Source of the DNA: a virus | Taxonomy: Duplodnaviria > Caudoviricetes | Strand: one strand, 5' to 3' | DNA: 29,398 bases | IMG/VR virus record: IMGVR_UViG_3300042511_000202 | Coordinates: 1-29,398 of that record | Shown: piece by piece, positions 19,207 to 26,259 of the stretch | Layout of the letters: each line of letters begins with the position of its first letter | Position numbering within the stretch: the first letter of the stretch is position 1 | The notes under the pieces: model-generated | Seen by the model: the letters and a program-made list of their open reading frames with translations, nothing else | Database searches by the model: none | Told to the model about the DNA's origin: nothing | Made by a program: the position numbers and the translations under genes

Positions 19207-19392
19207 CTATTTAAATGTTTCTTTATAGTATTGTTCTCCATTTTCAGCGTTAGCACCCCAAGTTGCAGCATCAATAATCTGTTGTTTCTCCTTTTGTTTT
19301 GCTTTTTCTTTTAATTCATCAATATACTTTTGTTGTAATGTTATTGATGGATTTAATTGTTCAACCAACCATTCTATTGCTGTCTTTTCCAT
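19207..19392 (-). CDS. hypothetical protein (61 aa)
   Basis: KTAIEWL...AKQKEKQQIIDA...EQYYKETFK. Confidence 0.7.
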   Translation of the reverse strand: MEKTAIEWLVEQLNPSITLQQKYIDELKEKAKQKEKQQIIDAATWGANAENGEQYYKETFK

Positions 19393-19425
19393 TTGTCTTT
19401 AAATATATAACTACTTCATTCATAA

Positions 19426-19602
19426 CTATCTATCGTTTAATATTTTAAATGTTCTTAATGCTGTCATTAGACCTTGTGTGTATTGTTTAGCTAATTCTAT
19501 AGCAATCTTATCATCTTTGCCTAACTCGTTAATTTCTGCTTTCATTATATCAATCTTCAATTGCATTGAGTTGATAAATTTATCTACATTACTTTCTCTC
19601 AT
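19426..19602 (-). CDS. hypothetical protein (58 aa)
   Basis: Manual translation MRESNVDKFINSMQLKIDIMKAEINELGKDDKIAIELAKQYTQGLMTALRTFKILNDR. Confidence 0.6.
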   Translation of the reverse strand: MRESNVDKFINSMQLKIDIMKAEINELGKDDKIAIELAKQYTQGLMTALRTFKILNDR

Positions 19603-19735
19603 CTGGATTAGAGTTATAAGTTCCTACATTATTGAACTCAACCTTCACTGGTTGATATTCAATGTTAATTTTAATCACCTCTTTGAGGTTCTTTGGTTGT
19701 GGTTTTTCCACAAACTTTAATAAAAACTTTATCAT
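19589..19735 (-). CDS. hypothetical protein (48 aa)
   Basis: Manual translation MIKFLLKFVEKPQPKNLKEVIKINIEYQPVKVEFNNVGTYNSNPDERK; fills the gap. Confidence 0.5.
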   Translation of the reverse strand: MIKFLLKFVEKPQPKNLKEVIKINIEYQPVKVEFNNVGTYNSNPDERK

Positions 19736-19747
19736 TGCCTTCTTGGT

Positions 19748-19954
19748 TTAAGTTTTAATGTTGTTCTTTTCTTTAATATAACTAAGTACGTACGGAAGAG
19801 TCTTCCAGGCTACAATAGTATTCATATGTGCACAGAACTCAACTTCTTTTACTAATTGTTCAAATGCTATTTTATACTTCTGTGCTTTAACAAGCTGAAT
19901 CTGTAACTCTTGGTTAGCAGACTCAGCATTAATTTCCCTGATTGTATTATCCAT
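19748..19954 (-). CDS. hypothetical protein (68 aa)
   Basis: Coupled to the upstream hydrolase gene. Confidence 0.65.
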   Translation of the reverse strand: MDNTIREINAESANQELQIQLVKAQKYKIAFEQLVKEVEFCAHMNTIVAWKTLPYVLSYIKEKNNIKT

Positions 19955-20495
19955 TGTTTAAGATTTTTAATAGTTTATTAAAATAATTTGGATCCTCAGC
20001 ATAATTTTGTCTAAGATACTGCAAATACTCATCTCTTGTAGTTATATCTGATAAGTATCTACACTGGTATAGAGCATAATCAAGAACTGATTCTCTCCAT
20101 GTATCATAATAAGCATGACCAAACTGTTCTCCCTTATTAGTGGATGATCTTTTCATTGCTTGCTTCATGCCAAATAGATTGTTGTTCTCTCTAAATATAT
20201 TAGAGGTGAAACCACCTGTTTCTAATTGTGCTTGAGCATAAACAACATCAGCAAACTTTACGTTCAACTGTTCAAGATATGATTTAAGACTATCTGTTTT
20301 AAATGGGTCCATAGTGTTAATAACTATTACCTTCTCTTTAGCTGATAGTGTTTCAATCGGTTGGTATTTACCAGCGAAATAACCTAATGCAAATCCAATC
20401 ACCATAGAGACTACAAGTCCTACAACAATCATATAAGCAAGTGAAACTATTTTCTTTTCAAAACGTAATTCTTTTTCATTATATTTATAATACAT
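19947..20495 (-). CDS. GH73 / glucosaminidase-family peptidoglycan hydrolase with N-terminal membrane anchor
   Basis: AQAQLETG (catalytic E), NNLFGMK, YAEDPNY (YATD-like); hydrophobic helix at about residues 16-42. Confidence 0.82.
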   Translation of the reverse strand: MYYKYNEKELRFEKKIVSLAYMIVVGLVVSMVIGFALGYFAGKYQPIETLSAKEKVIVINTMDPFKTDSLKSYLEQLNVKFADVVYAQAQLETGGFTSNIFRENNNLFGMKQAMKRSSTNKGEQFGHAYYDTWRESVLDYALYQCRYLSDITTRDEYLQYLRQNYAEDPNYFNKLLKILNNG

Positions 20496-20513
20496 AATTT
20501 CATTGTTTAAATA

Positions 20514-20855
20514 TTAGTCCTCAAATTCTGTTTTATTTTTGTCTTCTTGTTCTGCTTCTAATTCCCAGTCTTCTCTACGATTCTTCTTAAACTCATCAGC
20601 TTCATATTGTTGTTCTTCATCATGTTCTTCATCAAATTCATCAGCTTCTAATGTATCATAAACTTCTTGCCAATAGTTTTCATTTTCTGGTGTATCTTGC
20701 CACAAAAATCCAAAAGCTACAGCTTCTGATAGTTTATTACAAGTAGCATCTGCTGTATTCCAATCAAGTGTTGATTGTTTTTCACAATTTGCTAGAGCCT
20801 CAGTTTTGTATGGTTCAGGAAGTTCCTCATACCATTCTCTAATTGTTTTTTCCAT
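20514..20855 (-). CDS. hypothetical protein with acidic tail (113 aa)
   Basis: KTIREWYEELPEPY...FLWQDTPENENYW, highly acidic C-terminus. Confidence 0.7.
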   Translation of the reverse strand: MEKTIREWYEELPEPYKTEALANCEKQSTLDWNTADATCNKLSEAVAFGFLWQDTPENENYWQEVYDTLEADEFDEEHDEEQQYEADEFKKNRREDWELEAEQEDKNKTEFED

Positions 20856-21033
20856 GTCTTTCTTGATTTTTTTTATGTTCTAAATTATTCCAATAATGGT
20901 CACATTTTTTTGCAACTTCATCATATTTAAAATCAGCATAGCTTTGTCTAAATGGACTAGGTGTTGCTGTAAATCTGTAGCATGAGTCCTTAAGAGGACA
21001 GGTGTTGCTACTACACATTGAGATATCAGGCAC
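20839..21033 (-). CDS. small Cys-rich protein (64 aa)
   Basis: PDISMC...CPLKDSCYRF...QSY..F...CDHYW; GTG start overlapping the upstream stop. Confidence 0.7.
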   Translation of the reverse strand: MPDISMCSSNTCPLKDSCYRFTATPSPFRQSYADFKYDEVAKKCDHYWNNLEHKKNQERHGKNN

Positions 21034-21145
21034 TGAAATGTGTCATTACGTAAACTGCAATTAACCACAATATAGCAATAGCACATATCGTTATTGTCAG
21101 AGTGCTATCTGCAATTTGTTCTGGTTTTTTTCCTTGATTTTTCAT
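21026..21145 (-). CDS. small single-pass membrane protein (39 aa)
   Basis: Manual translation MKNQGKKPEQIADSTLTITICAIAILWLIAVYVMTHFSA; overlaps neighbours at both ends. Confidence 0.65.
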   Translation of the reverse strand: MKNQGKKPEQIADSTLTITICAIAILWLIAVYVMTHFSA

Positions 21146-21522
21146 AAATCTCTATTATTATATTTAAAAACATATTCTAAATATTCAAAGCCTTTTCCAT
21201 ATTTGATAACTTTTCCACTTTTAGTTGTTATTTCAGTTACGTCTTCTTTAAAATCAACATATGAAACATCTTCTAATTTTAAAATACAAGTGTCAGATTT
21301 AATCAACCCATGTTTTAAAGTGTTTAACGCTTGAGTTAACTTTTGAACTTCTTTAGTTTTTTCATTCCAGTGTCTAACAGTATACCAACTAATACAGCTA
21401 TCATCAGTTTCTGTACTTTTATCAAAAAACTTTCGTGCATATGATTTAGCAGTTGAAGGTTTTAACCCTGCACATTTAGCACAAAGATTTATTAATTCTG
21501 ATTTTAATTCCCATTTGTTCAT
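21142..21522 (-). CDS. hypothetical protein (126 aa)
   Basis: ORF in operon context. Confidence 0.65.
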   Translation of the reverse strand: MNKWELKSELINLCAKCAGLKPSTAKSYARKFFDKSTETDDSCISWYTVRHWNEKTKEVQKLTQALNTLKHGLIKSDTCILKLEDVSYVDFKEDVTEITTKSGKVIKYGKGFEYLEYVFKYNNRDL

Positions 21523-21524
21523 AA

Positions 21525-21857
21525 TTATTTCTTTTTAAATTGTTCGATTATTTTTTTAGATAACTCCCATTCTTCTAAATTATCTGGATGTTGACTATTG
21601 TTTTCATACCAATAAAGCTCAAACATTTTATTTAATAAACCTATTTCTTTCTCACTATACTTTCTTTCTTGTTGCCATTTAGCACCATTAATAAAACATT
21701 TCTCGTACCTATTGTAAGGGTCATCTTCTGCATATCTTTCAGCAGCTTCTTTTATTTCTTGTTCTTTCATGAGCTTTTCTAATTTTTCTTCAGTGTTTTT
21801 TCTAACAATTTCATTTCCATATTTAAATATCCATTTGCTTATAATGTTATCTTCCAT
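21525..21857 (-). CDS. hypothetical protein (110 aa)
   Basis: EAAERYA...FINGAKWQQERKYSE...IEQFKKK. Confidence 0.7.
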   Translation of the reverse strand: MEDNIISKWIFKYGNEIVRKNTEEKLEKLMKEQEIKEAAERYAEDDPYNRYEKCFINGAKWQQERKYSEKEIGLLNKMFELYWYENNSQHPDNLEEWELSKKIIEQFKKK

Positions 21858-21874
21858 AACTTTTAATTATTTAG

Positions 21875-21959
21875 TAGTCAGGACAGGATTCGAACCTGTG
21901 AATAAGTGAGCCATCTATGAGATGTCTTACCTTGTGTTAAACCACTCCGCCACCTGACT
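21875..21959 (-). ncRNA. tRNA-like element 1 (85 nt) with non-canonical extended anticodon arm
   Basis: Acceptor AGTCAGG/CCTGACT plus discriminator A; D-loop GAGTGGTTTAA; T arm ACAGG-TTCGAAT-CCTGT; 34-nt middle GGTAAG..CAT-CTCATAG-ATG..CTTATT; no encoded CCA. Confidence 0.75.
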
Positions 21960-21964
21960 AATTA

Positions 21965-22072
21965 TTAATGTGTCAGCATTCTTATTACAACACCTAACAA
22001 TACCGAGTATATTATTGCGGTAATTGCAAAACCAACCATTATACCATCAAAATACGTTTTTTCTTTTTTCAT
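21965..22072 (-). CDS. small single-pass membrane protein (35 aa) between the tRNA-like elements
   Basis: Manual translation MKKEKTYFDGIMVGFAITAIIYSVLLGVVIRMLTH. Confidence 0.65.
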   Translation of the reverse strand: MKKEKTYFDGIMVGFAITAIIYSVLLGVVIRMLTH

Positions 22073-22085
22073 AACCTTTATTTTG

Positions 22086-22202
22086 TAGTCAGAACAAGAT
22101 TCGAACCTGTGTTTACACTTTACTTGTATTAGTTGTGTCCGATAGATTGGGTATCAATACATTTCCCGCACCACCTGCTCTTAACCACTGAGCTACCTGA
22201 CT
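22086..22202 (-). ncRNA. tRNA-like element 2 (117 nt) with 66-nt replaced middle
   Basis: Acceptor AGTCAGG/TCTGACT plus A; perfect D arm GCTC-AGTGGTTAA-GAGC; T arm ACAGG-TTCGAAT-CTTGT; no canonical anticodon stem-loop; no CCA. Confidence 0.75.
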
Positions 22203-22209
22203 ATTTTTG

Positions 22210-22256
22210 TTGACTAGGAAGGAATCGAACCATACCTATCTACCAATTCATAGTTA
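22210..22256 (-). pseudogene. degenerate tRNA-like remnant lacking an anticodon arm
   Basis: AATTGGTAGA (D-loop-like) then GGTTCGATTCC (T-loop) and CTAGTCAA; stems pair poorly. Confidence 0.35.
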
Positions 22257-22317
22257 TTTGTTTATCTTCAAGCAAGTGATTTTAGTATCTTAAAAGTAAC
22301 TTTTTCTAAAGTACTAA

Positions 22318-22383
22318 ATAGTGTATGATAAATCATTCATTACAAGCTAAATGGTATATAGTGCATGATTTATCATTCATTAC
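22318..22383. repeat. 26-bp imperfect direct repeat (x2, 40-bp period) with palindromic core
   Basis: ATAGTGTATGATAAATCATTCATTAC and ATAGTGCATGATTTATCATTCATTAC (23/26 identical); core ATGAT-WW-ATCAT. Confidence 0.7.
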
Positions 22384-22387
22384 TTCT

Positions 22388-22504
22388 TTATTTCATGAAT
22401 TTATTTACCACTCCTTCAAATAATTTATGAATTACATATATAGGTTGACCGATAATGTTTACACCTATCTGATAGGTTACTAATTTAACTTTACTATTTT
22501 TCAT
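22388..22504 (-). CDS. possible leaderless small protein (38 aa)
   Basis: MKNSKVKLVTYQIGVNIIGQPIYVIHKLFEGVVNKFMK; ATG is 5 nt after a TATATTTG box. Confidence 0.45.
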   Translation of the reverse strand: MKNSKVKLVTYQIGVNIIGQPIYVIHKLFEGVVNKFMK

Positions 22505-22527
22505 GTCTACAAATATATGTAATTCAT
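22427..22527. repeat. 15-bp perfect inverted repeat enclosing a 15-bp palindrome
   Basis: ATGAATTACATATAT (22427-22441) / ATATATGTAATTCAT (22513-22527); ACCTATC-T-GATAGGT at 22463-22477. Confidence 0.65.
22510..22517 (-). promoter_or_regulatory. -7 promoter element TATATTTG upstream of the tRNA-like cluster
   Basis: Exact TAnnTTTG; the 15-mer ATTACATATATTTGT is identical to the promoter at 19125-19139. Confidence 0.6.
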
Positions 22528-22535
22528 TTAATTAA

Positions 22536-22880
22536 TTAAAACTTGGTGTTTAACAAGTTGGTTGCATAATCAATAGATGCAACAATGCTATCTAATTGAT
22601 CTTGTGCATCATTTAATTCTTCTTGAGCTGTAATGATATTACTGTAGTAATATTGTTGATTACTAATTAACACTGTAGGATAAATCTTTTTCTCAAGATT
22701 CTCCTTAGCTGTTTCTACATTAACTTCTGCATTAACAAGACTGCCTTCTAATGCACTCAATTGTCCTTTAATACTTGCTCTACCTAATCTTTCATTCTTT
22801 AATGCCACTGCTGTGTCTGTGTCACCTGTGATGAATGCAATTGTTGCTGCTACAAATCTACTTAATTCTGACTTTACCAT
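22536..22880 (-). CDS. coiled-coil hypothetical protein (114 aa)
   Basis: Heptad-rich, Ala/Leu/Glu-rich sequence. Confidence 0.7.
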   Translation of the reverse strand: MVKSELSRFVAATIAFITGDTDTAVALKNERLGRASIKGQLSALEGSLVNAEVNVETAKENLEKKIYPTVLISNQQYYYSNIITAQEELNDAQDQLDSIVASIDYATNLLNTKF

Positions 22881-22916
22881 GATTTTTAATTTTAATTGTT
22901 TGATTTATTTATTTAT

Positions 22917-24281
22917 TTATTTGATTACTAATTTAATACTTTTTTTGTTACGCTTTGTTATTATTGATTTTTGATGTACAAGACTACCTCTTGATTTATA
23001 TAATTCTACATAACTACTTGATATATGAAAATCCTTACCAGAAATAGCATCCACTGACATATAAAATTCCTGACGAGGAATGAAATCCTTTCCTATACTC
23101 ATTGAAGCTGATATAGTTGCAGGAAGTGATACAAGTGTTGCAAATTGACCGTTTTTAAATAAACATCCTTCACTTGAATGTGCCCATATATTTTGTTCAT
23201 GAATTCGATATGTATAATCATCTTGCATTAAAGTCACCTCATGAGAATTACCAACACCTATGTATTTACAACCAATAGGAAATCTCCTTTTACATTCTTC
23301 TTGCATCTCAATCATATACTTTAAATCAGAATCTTTAGATGAAATGTCTGAATTGTATATATTAGTTACACCTTCGTGAAAACGTTGTGATTCATCTAAT
23401 GTTGCTAAACGCCAAGTTGTTGGTCTAGTAGAGTTGGTATTATATTTGTAATACAAACATTTTTTTGATGAGTCTTCTAACACTACAAACATGTCACCAT
23501 CGTCTCTTTCTCCATGCATTGCTTCTAAACTAACAACAATATCTCCTATTTCACAAAAACCTAATACTAAATCTTTCTCTTCAACCCATCCTTTAGGCAT
23601 TAATTCACAATCTCCATTGACAAGTCTATCTCTATCAAAGGTACCATAACCTTTTAAGTTAAGTGCATCTGCAGCATCTTCTGTATCTTCTAAAACAACA
23701 TAACAATCACCTTGCTCAGCGCAATGTGAAACTGTTCTATTAAATCTGATTGTTCTACCTACTAATGATTCTTGTTTAGCAGGAACTTGTGTAACAGGAG
23801 CTTTTTGTATTTCATTGATGGCTAAATAGTATCTATCATTACCCTTATAATATTCAACAGGCTCACCTTCATGATCGTACCAATAATCAGAACCATTATC
23901 ACCATGATGTCCACCTCTCCAACCTTCAACCATGCAACGTAATCCATCTTTTGAAAATCCTATAATTGTGCCAACTTTAGAAGAATTAACATGACCACAA
24001 ACAACATCTCCTATTTTAAATTGATGTTTTAATGTAACTTCTTGATCATATTCTAAGAATTCACGTTCTAACATTGAGAAATCCCAACCATGTCTGGATG
24101 TAACTTCTATTTTATAACAGTCATGAGATTCATTATAATAGTTAACCTCTGTTATAGTTCCTACAAATCCTCCTTGATTATCTCCTCCATAATAATATCC
24201 TGTGCTCCTATCTTTATGATGACAGTCATTACTGCTTTTATAAGTGACCTTGTCACCTACATTAAATCTTTGTTTATTCAT
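22917..24281 (-). CDS. multi-module protein with tandem SH3/KOW-like units (454 aa)
   Basis: Repeated module starts FNVGDKV, FKIGDVV, LVGRTI, CEIGDIV, FPIGCKY; WRLAT motif. Confidence 0.65.
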   Translation of the reverse strand: MNKQRFNVGDKVTYKSSNDCHHKDRSTGYYYGGDNQGGFVGTITEVNYYNESHDCYKIEVTSRHGWDFSMLEREFLEYDQEVTLKHQFKIGDVVCGHVNSSKVGTIIGFSKDGLRCMVEGWRGGHHGDNGSDYWYDHEGEPVEYYKGNDRYYLAINEIQKAPVTQVPAKQESLVGRTIRFNRTVSHCAEQGDCYVVLEDTEDAADALNLKGYGTFDRDRLVNGDCELMPKGWVEEKDLVLGFCEIGDIVVSLEAMHGERDDGDMFVVLEDSSKKCLYYKYNTNSTRPTTWRLATLDESQRFHEGVTNIYNSDISSKDSDLKYMIEMQEECKRRFPIGCKYIGVGNSHEVTLMQDDYTYRIHEQNIWAHSSEGCLFKNGQFATLVSLPATISASMSIGKDFIPRQEFYMSVDAISGKDFHISSSYVELYKSRGSLVHQKSIITKRNKKSIKLVIK

Positions 24282-24284
24282 AAT

Positions 24285-24500
24285 TTATTTTTTTAGTGTA
24301 TGTGCTTTTTCATAATGAGCTATTTGATAATCTAATATCTCATCAATTCTTTTGTTGATTCTATTTAATCTAATGAATTGATCTAATGTTGATATATCAT
24401 CAATGATTGATTCTTTTTCTATAAATAGATTGATACATGCATAAGCATTACCTTTATACTTTCTTCTAATCTCTGGGTATTTAAATTTGCCTCTGTACAT
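24285..24500 (-). CDS. hypothetical protein (71 aa)
   Basis: Start moved to ATG 24500 (MYRGKFKYPE); the track's extension runs through a terminator. Confidence 0.6.
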   Translation of the reverse strand: MYRGKFKYPEIRRKYKGNAYACINLFIEKESIIDDISTLDQFIRLNRINKRIDEILDYQIAHYEKAHTLKK

Positions 24501-24510
24501 TTCTTTAAAT

Positions 24511-24545
24511 AAAAAAACCAGATAGAAACTTAATTCTACCTGGTT
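24511..24545 (-). terminator. intrinsic terminator downstream of tmRNA
   Basis: Minus strand AACCAGGTAGAA-TTAAAG-TTCTATCTGGTT-TTTTT. Confidence 0.8.
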
Positions 24546-24579
24546 AATAAACACTAATCATCAATCAATCATAATTGAG

Positions 24580-25021
24580 TGGAGGTGGGGGAATTCGAAT
24601 CCCCGTCCAAACATGTCAGACATAAAACAATTGTACAAGCTTTAATCTAGTAGTATGACGTTTGCTCGTTTATAGCATGTAAACACACCTCAACTCACGG
24701 TTCTCTACTTGATTAGTAAAAGGCTCAACTGGTTAGGTTGAAATCCACCAAAAGGTTCGTTTAAAGTCTATACCCATAACTGTCTTCGTGCATTTGTTTA
24801 AGGTACAAATCTAAACCTTAACACTATGCTGCTAATTCGAACTCAACAGTATTAGATACCATTGCGATTGCATCATTGAAAGTCATTGCTCCTAGAGAAA
24901 CAACTTTCGCTTCGTTATTGTTGCCTGTTATAGCTTGAATGTACATTTTATAGTGGTATACCATTCATCCCACTGCTTGTTGCTTTACTCTTTAATCATC
25001 CTGTCTATTCCTGTCACCCCC
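24580..25021 (-). ncRNA. ssrA: tmRNA (442 nt to discriminator)
   Basis: 5' GGGGGTG-ACAGGAATAGAC; 3' GAC-GGGGA-TTCGAAT-TCCCC-CACCTCC-A; acceptor stem with the G3.U alanine determinant; CAAGC/GCTTG helix; internal tag frame after ATAACA ending LAA-stop; own promoter and terminator. Confidence 0.93.
24824..24925 (-). other. tmRNA tag reading frame GNNNEAKVVSLGAMTFNDAIAMVSNTVEFELAA
   Basis: Resume context ATAACA-GGC; 33 codons plus TAG; C-terminal LAA degron. Confidence 0.8.
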
Positions 25022-25031
25022 ATATAGAATA

Positions 25032-25061
25032 CAAATATAACTATTTGTGTCCTACTTGCAA
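25032..25061 (-). promoter_or_regulatory. promoter of tmRNA
   Basis: TTG (25059-25061), 19-nt spacer, TATATTTG (25032-25039), 10 nt before the mature 5' end. Confidence 0.75.
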
Positions 25062-25214
25062 TAAATATTTCTCATATTCAGCACTTGGCCTATATGAGTA
25101 TTTCTTATTATGATTGTTTAATACAACTGTACCATTGTTTCTTTTTCTTTTCTCTGGTACTAATTGTTTAGCACTGCATTCTTTGTTGTTTGTTGAAAAT
25201 TCTAATACTAACAT
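25041..25214 (-). CDS. small basic hypothetical protein (57 aa)
   Basis: MLVLEFSTNNKECSAKQLVPEKRKRNNGTVVLNNHNKKYSYRPSAEYEKYLLQVGHK; preceded by the recurring AAACTTAGAAATT-ATG start motif. Confidence 0.65.
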   Translation of the reverse strand: MLVLEFSTNNKECSAKQLVPEKRKRNNGTVVLNNHNKKYSYRPSAEYEKYLLQVGHK

Positions 25215-25226
25215 AATTTCTAAGTT

Positions 25227-25442
25227 TTAAATTTGAAATCCTTCTGGATATTTAGTTGCTAATGGAACATATTCATTTGATGCTGTCTTTTTACAAGATC
25301 GGCATTCCATGCCTGGAATAACTTTTTCGTGAAAATATTGATCATCATAACCACTAGATTTGTATGAATGTCCACAATGTTCACATTCGTATTGTGCTTC
25401 AAAATCTCTTCTAGATTGAGAAATAATTTCTTTAATATACAT
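25227..25442 (-). CDS. zinc-ribbon protein (71 aa)
   Basis: RRDF.A.YECEHCG...GYDD.YFH..VIP.MECRSC; two CxxC pairs. Confidence 0.75.
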   Translation of the reverse strand: MYIKEIISQSRRDFEAQYECEHCGHSYKSSGYDDQYFHEKVIPGMECRSCKKTASNEYVPLATKYPEGFQI

Positions 25443-25453
25443 AATTTCTAAGT

Positions 25454-25996
25454 TTAATCATTAAATAATTGTCTATCATTATCTTCATAGCCACAGTTGT
25501 TACAGCTAATGTCTCCTGATGAATTGTAATATAAATCATCTGATCCACAGTTCTCACATGTATCATCTTCATCTTCATCAACATATGAATCAATAAAGCT
25601 TAATATTGCTTTACCTTCAGCTAATACAACAATGTCTGGATAATCTTCATCCACTTCAACATCTACATAACCACCATAATGATTGAGAATAGTGTTAATC
25701 TCTTTCAGTGTAATGTCATGTAAATCTTCTGTGTCTGGTCCCTCATCAAACCAACCTATTTGTTCTGGTTGTACCATTGGTTCTGTTGCATTGTATTCAT
25801 TATGCATAACATACAGTTCCACTGGATGACCATTAATAGATATGAACTCATCTTTATCTTTTGGTAATTTAGTAAGAGCAAATATTTCTACTTGCTCTAT
25901 ACTTTTGCCAACATAATGTCTTCTTACGAATAACATAGAGAGTTCTAGTTCTAATGGTCTGTAACTTTTAAATACTAATTCTCCTGTTAGTGTCAT
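25454..25996 (-). CDS. hypothetical protein with C-terminal zinc ribbon (180 aa)
   Basis: PEQIGWFDEG motif; CENCGS...CNNCG at the C-terminus. Confidence 0.7.
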   Translation of the reverse strand: MTLTGELVFKSYRPLELELSMLFVRRHYVGKSIEQVEIFALTKLPKDKDEFISINGHPVELYVMHNEYNATEPMVQPEQIGWFDEGPDTEDLHDITLKEINTILNHYGGYVDVEVDEDYPDIVVLAEGKAILSFIDSYVDEDEDDTCENCGSDDLYYNSSGDISCNNCGYEDNDRQLFND

Positions 25997-25998
25997 GA

Positions 25999-26106
25999 TT
26001 ACATTTCTCCTCTTACTGTTTTATATAATATAATAAAACCCAAGATTACAGCTAATGATAACACTAATGTGAATGCTGATAATAACACCACTTCTATTGT
26101 GCTCAT
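25999..26106 (-). CDS. small single-pass membrane protein (35 aa)
   Basis: MSTIEVVLLSAFTLVLSLAVILGFIIIYKTVRGEM; fills the gap with 2-nt spacing on each side. Confidence 0.6.
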   Translation of the reverse strand: MSTIEVVLLSAFTLVLSLAVILGFIILYKTVRGEM

Positions 26107-26108
26107 AA

Positions 26109-26255
26109 CTAATAACCTATATAGTCTAACATTACTGCATCAGCATCAACAAGAACTATTCCTGCTATCACTGTGCATGTGAATAAGATTTTGAATTTCT
26201 TAGCAACTTCCTTGAAGTCATAGAATTCATGAATTGATAATTGAATTGTTTTCAT
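26109..26255 (-). CDS. hypothetical protein (48 aa)
   Basis: Start moved to ATG 26255 (MKTIQLSIHEF) to avoid overlap with the ParB-like gene. Confidence 0.6.
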   Translation of the reverse strand: MKTIQLSIHEFYDFKEVAKKFKILFTCTVIAGIVLVDADAVMLDYIGY

Positions 26256-26259
26256 TGTT

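Noticed and set aside
4946-21086. Alternative-frame minus-strand ORFs 4946-5149, 16690-16923 and 20880-21086
   Set aside because: Nested within rIIA, polB or two better-supported small genes, with no independent start signals.
351-21334. All plus-strand ORFs in the track (for example 351-647, 2069-2251, 2783-3019, 13571-13837, 17037-17219, 19478-19720, 21116-21334)
   Set aside because: They are antisense shadows of well-supported minus-strand genes, mostly with non-ATG starts and no motifs.
21875-21959. Ordinary tRNA-Met/Ile2 (CAT)
   Set aside because: A CT-CAT-AG loop exists, but it caps a 3-bp stem on an over-long irregular arm with no normal variable loop, and the D stem has a C-A mismatch; kept as tRNA-like only.
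22086-22202. Intron-containing canonical tRNA
   Set aside because: The would-be 5' anticodon strand GGTGG has no complementary strand before the T arm, so removing an intron would not restore a cloverleaf; the insert is also too short for a group I intron.
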